A DNA stretch of 63,649 nucleotides, the filler included, from Trichosphaerium sp. ATCC 40318 (Eukaryota; Protista; Tubulinea), in assembly GCA_038496445.1 (NCBI GenBank). It is 3 parts of 3 records of this genome, joined end to end, with 100 filler letters (N's around TTAATTAATTAA, not from the genome) between each part and the next. Parts side by side here need not be neighbours in the genome. Positions count along the whole stretch, not along the records: positions 44,483 to 63,649 come from JALMLS010000408.1; 2 more parts are not named here. One strand, 5' to 3'. The position numbers were made by a program, and so were the translations under genes. This document shows positions 62,040 to 63,649 of the stretch, in pieces (the first letter of the stretch is position 1; each line of letters opens with the position of its first letter). The notes below the pieces were generated by a model. It did no database searches. It had not been told where the DNA came from and was given only the letters and a program-made list of their open reading frames with translations.

Positions 62040-62899
62040 TCAAGTATCGTATGATGTAACACCACTCACTGGTTTATTCTTACTTGCGTCTAAGAAACCT
62101 TCAACCCATATTGTCATTATTTTCTGTTCGCTCAAGAATCTCAATGAAACCTATCACGTGATGAGTCCCAAAAATATACGATAAAAGACCCAAAAGGTAG
62201 AAAACGCACTCTCAAAACTTCAACGTTTGTGCCTCCAAGATAAAAGACAAGATCATTAGGGGTTGGTGCTTGTATTTGAGAGTAGCCCAAGACTTGCTTG
62301 AATCCAAGGGATTTATGAAAATACGATCCTTTGTATGCGATATCGAGGGAACTGCAATCTGGGCACAGATTCACAACGCGAACTGCACCATAATGCTATT
62401 TCGCCAAAATAAGTTACAACGACTTTTCTAAATAAAAAGGCTAACCCTATTGGGTACGAAGTAAGGATCGTTTATCAGTGATAAAGCTGCAGAAGGGTAT
62501 GTATTGTATGCATAAAGCGAATAATAGGTGTTATCTTCCATAATAAACCTTCAAATCCATTAGCACGTGTAACAATGTTTCCCTTTGTATACGTACTTTC
62601 CAGTTGTGAGGTTTTGGTTTGTTGCTGAATCCCTGATTTCAAAATCATACTCTCCTTCTAGTACACGGCCATAGAAGGTCACATCTCCATATGGCACGCT
62701 TTTAAATTGCTATACAGTTGAGTATTAGTTAAAAATGATCTACACTTTGCCACACGGTTTTTATTTTACGTACCAACTCTCCACGACCGTAAACGTCAAT
62801 TGCCGACGATGAAGGTATGGCATTTACTATTCGTAAATGTTGCGCATAACAGGTGGAATAAAAGCAAATACCAAGCAAGAGGAAATTAAACCGCAGCAT
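62040..62899 (-). CDS. Secreted DUF4397-like protein (multi-exon)
   Basis: Signal peptide MLRFNFLLLGICFYSTCYA; two repeats LRIVNAIPSSSAIDVY..VPYG and VRVVNLCPDCSSLDI..LGFKQ. Confidence 0.7.
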
Positions 62900-63649
62900 G
62901 CCGCTCTCTGTATCTTTCTGAAACAACAATTTTCGTAGGCACGTGACTGTAAACGACTTTTTTCGGTTTTCATTGTCGTTGATTTCGTTCAAACTTTTGA
63001 GAACTTTCTAGGAGCCACAATTCCCTTTGGGTGACCGACGCTTCCAATGTAGGCGCCAACAATATCTCACTGTGTGAGTACACTGCCTACTGGACACAAG
63101 CAAGGAGACAAAAGCAAGTAAAGTAATGCAACACGCCTAGATTTGTGTGGCTAAACGCACTTGTCGGCTGAAAGGAAATGTGACACCTAGCCCGGTATAA
63201 ACCAAATCATCAACGGAACCACATACGACAACATGAAGCGATAATATATCATGATCCATTGATAAACAGACCAAAACAATGAGAAGGAAACGAGCATTTT
63301 TTTTTGATGATTCTTGTTCAAGTTTTGACCATTGGAATAAACCTCACAAGAAAGTGTTGGACTTGCCTTCACAGTGAGTAGTCAAGTTTGAGGCTTTAGG
63401 CAAATGATCTGCCACCATACACCTAAATCTATTGTAGAGTTATTGTAGTAGTCTTATGGCAGAACACCCCGCAAACGGATCTAATGGAACTGGAAGAATG
63501 TGCGCAAAGCGGTTAATGCGTTTTTGAAAAAATAAAAACGTGATTTTTATCAAGACTCCAACAATTTATCCTAACCCCGTTCACACAGGCCGCGAAACTC
63601 TGCTACTAAAATAGTTGAGCATAAATTACAGGTAATTAACTCATATTTT

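Overview
AT-rich eukaryotic genomic DNA with many short GT-AG introns, often with GTAC donors. Gene content suggests an amoeboid protist (inference). Two artificial 100-nt gaps carry a TTAATTAATTAA linker. The first 10.9 kb looks like one large DNA transposon inserted in an LRR gene. It holds two convergent spliced genes whose stop codons overlap: a Sola1-like DDE transposase (hand-spliced, 8 exons, 799 aa, apparently intact) and an unknown partner gene. Each gene has a 5' intron containing an array of the same palindrome (AAAACGATATCGTTTT) at ~34-bp spacing. Non-autonomous TIR elements with CAG...CTG ends and 2-bp TSDs are nested in it. Another such element splits the integrase of a decayed Ty3/gypsy element (95-bp LTRs), which itself interrupts a cysteine-type GST gene. 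Host genes include a chromatin protein combining ASH2L-type PHD-winged helix, chromoshadow and LSD1-type zinc finger domains; a helical-repeat protein with a PD-(D/E)xK domain; GH13, vWA, ARM, HIG1-like and DUF4397-like genes; tRNA-Lys(UUU); and several F-box/LRR/MORN genes and relics. All gene models were spliced by eye and family calls rest on remembered motifs. No database search was run.
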